DNA from: Candidatus Iainarchaeum sp.
Lineage (GTDB): Archaea > Iainarchaeota > Iainarchaeia > Iainarchaeales > VGJJ01
Direction: 5' to 3'
DNA length: 32,000 nucleotides
NCBI GenBank assembly: GCA_030688545.1
Contig: JAUYHT010000002.1
Coordinates: 180,001-212,000, forward strand
Part shown: positions 31,208-32,000 of the stretch, one piece after another
Numbering within the stretch: the first letter of the stretch is position 1
How the letters are laid out: every line of letters begins with the position of its first letter
The notes under the pieces: generated by a model
Databases searched by the model: none
Told to the model about the DNA's origin: nothing
What the model saw: only the letters and a program-made list of their open reading frames with translations
Program-made: the position numbers and the translations under genes

Positions 31208-32000
31208 ATGCCCCGAGAGATACTCCCCACCCCCAACCCATCCTTCAAGCGCAAACAGACCCAGAAGAGCATTGATCCTAACAAGCTCCGCGAGATCCGG
31301 GGATTTGAATTTTCCCCCCAGATGAGCGTGAAGGAATTCGTGGGCTACTACCAGCATATGGGATTCCAGGCCTCCCACCTCACGCAGGGAATGGAGATCA
31401 TCAAGGAAGCCCGAGAGGACCACTGCGAGATATTCCTGTCATGCACCTCTAACATGGGAAGCTCCGGCCTGCGAGAACTTATTGCTCAACTCATTCGGGA
31501 CAAGAAGATTAGCTGCCTCATCACCACCACCGGATTGATTGAGGAGGACGTTATAAAAACATTCAATGCATTCCGTTTAGGGGAATTCGATGTCTCGGAT
31601 GAAGAGGTGAAGGCCAATAAGCTCAACCGCATCGGCAACATCTACGTGCCGGATGCGCATTACGTGCAGTTCGAATCCTGGCACAACGAATTCATGCAAA
31701 CCCTGTACAAGGAAAAGAAGATCTGGCCCGCGCACGAATACATTTTACGCATGGGCCAGAAATTAAAGGATGAGCACTCCATATTGTATTGGGCCGCCAA
31801 ACGGGGCGTCCCAATAATTGTCCCCGGATTCGTGGATGGGGCGATGGGGGACCACTGGTATTTTTTCAATCAAAACAAAAAGCCGGAGGAACGCCTGATC
31901 ATCGACCAAACGGCCACGCTGAAAGTATTTTACGACCAAATACTCGCAGCCGACAAGACCTGCGGCGTCATCCTGGGGGGAGGGATTGCCAAGCACCACC
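31208..32000 (+). CDS. dys: deoxyhypusine synthase, 3'-truncated by window edge
   Basis: It is not in the ORF track because no stop is reached. My translation from the ATG at 31208 is open to the window end. It reads MPREILPTPNPSFKRKQ..FLSCTSNMGSSGLRELIAQLIRDKKISCLITTTGLIEEDVIK..NRIGNIYVP..VPGFVDGAMGD..VILGGGIAKHH, which matches DHS family blocks. It starts 9 nt after the ileS stop. Confidence 0.88.
   Translation, partial: MPREILPTPNPSFKRKQTQKSIDPNKLREIRGFEFSPQMSVKEFVGYYQHMGFQASHLTQGMEIIKEAREDHCEIFLSCTSNMGSSGLRELIAQLIRDKKISCLITTTGLIEEDVIKTFNAFRLGEFDVSDEEVKANKLNRIGNIYVPDAHYVQFESWHNEFMQTLYKEKKIWPAHEYILRMGQKLKDEHSILYWAAKRGVPIIVPGFVDGAMGDHWYFFNQNKKPEERLIIDQTATLKVFYDQILAADKTCGVILGGGIAKHH

Noticed and set aside
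1-32000. Search by eye for CRISPR arrays, rRNA genes, IS elements, transposases, integrases, toxin-antitoxin pairs or known defence genes
   Set aside because: I saw no regularly spaced direct repeats, no rRNA-like conserved blocks, and no recombinase, transposase or nuclease-defence motifs in any ORF. Absence by eye is not proof, and an HMM scan (for example DefenseFinder or PADLOC) would be decisive.

Overview
The window looks like an archaeal chromosomal fragment, probably from a small-genome, DPANN-like lineage. That lineage guess is inference. The archaeal assignment rests on a group II chaperonin (thermosome) with a GGM tail, archaeal/eukaryal-type TrpRS and IleRS, deoxyhypusine synthase, an XPD/Rad3 helicase, a KaiC-like ATPase, histone-fold proteins, and A/T-rich TATA boxes at a fixed distance from start codons. 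I support about 33 CDS (two cut by the window edges), one tRNA (tRNA-Ile, anticodon TAT), two truncated copies of that tRNA's 5' end, about 18 TATA-like promoter elements and several oligo-T or hairpin terminators. I found no rRNA, CRISPR array, transposase or integrase. About one third of the window (7.8-18.5 kb) encodes secreted or membrane-anchored proteins of unknown function. These include a tight three-gene operon of type-I membrane beta-sandwich-like proteins, a 1051-aa protein and a Tyr-rich secreted protein. The main leads are: (1) a tandem array of tRNA 5'-end modules with conserved hairpin architecture upstream of tRNA-Ile(UAU); (2) the surface-protein operon and island; (3) a KaiC-like / winged-helix-like / USP-like operon divergent from XPD; (4) a very basic protein with three 29-aa repeats and a sigma-70 region-4-like HTH; (5) a phosphohydrolase cluster with a eukaryote-type NT5C3 5'-nucleotidase; (6) a roughly 1-kb low-GC methyltransferase islet; (7) a uniform leaderless promoter geometry that let me re-call many start codons. 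All functional calls come from motif recognition by eye. No database search was run.
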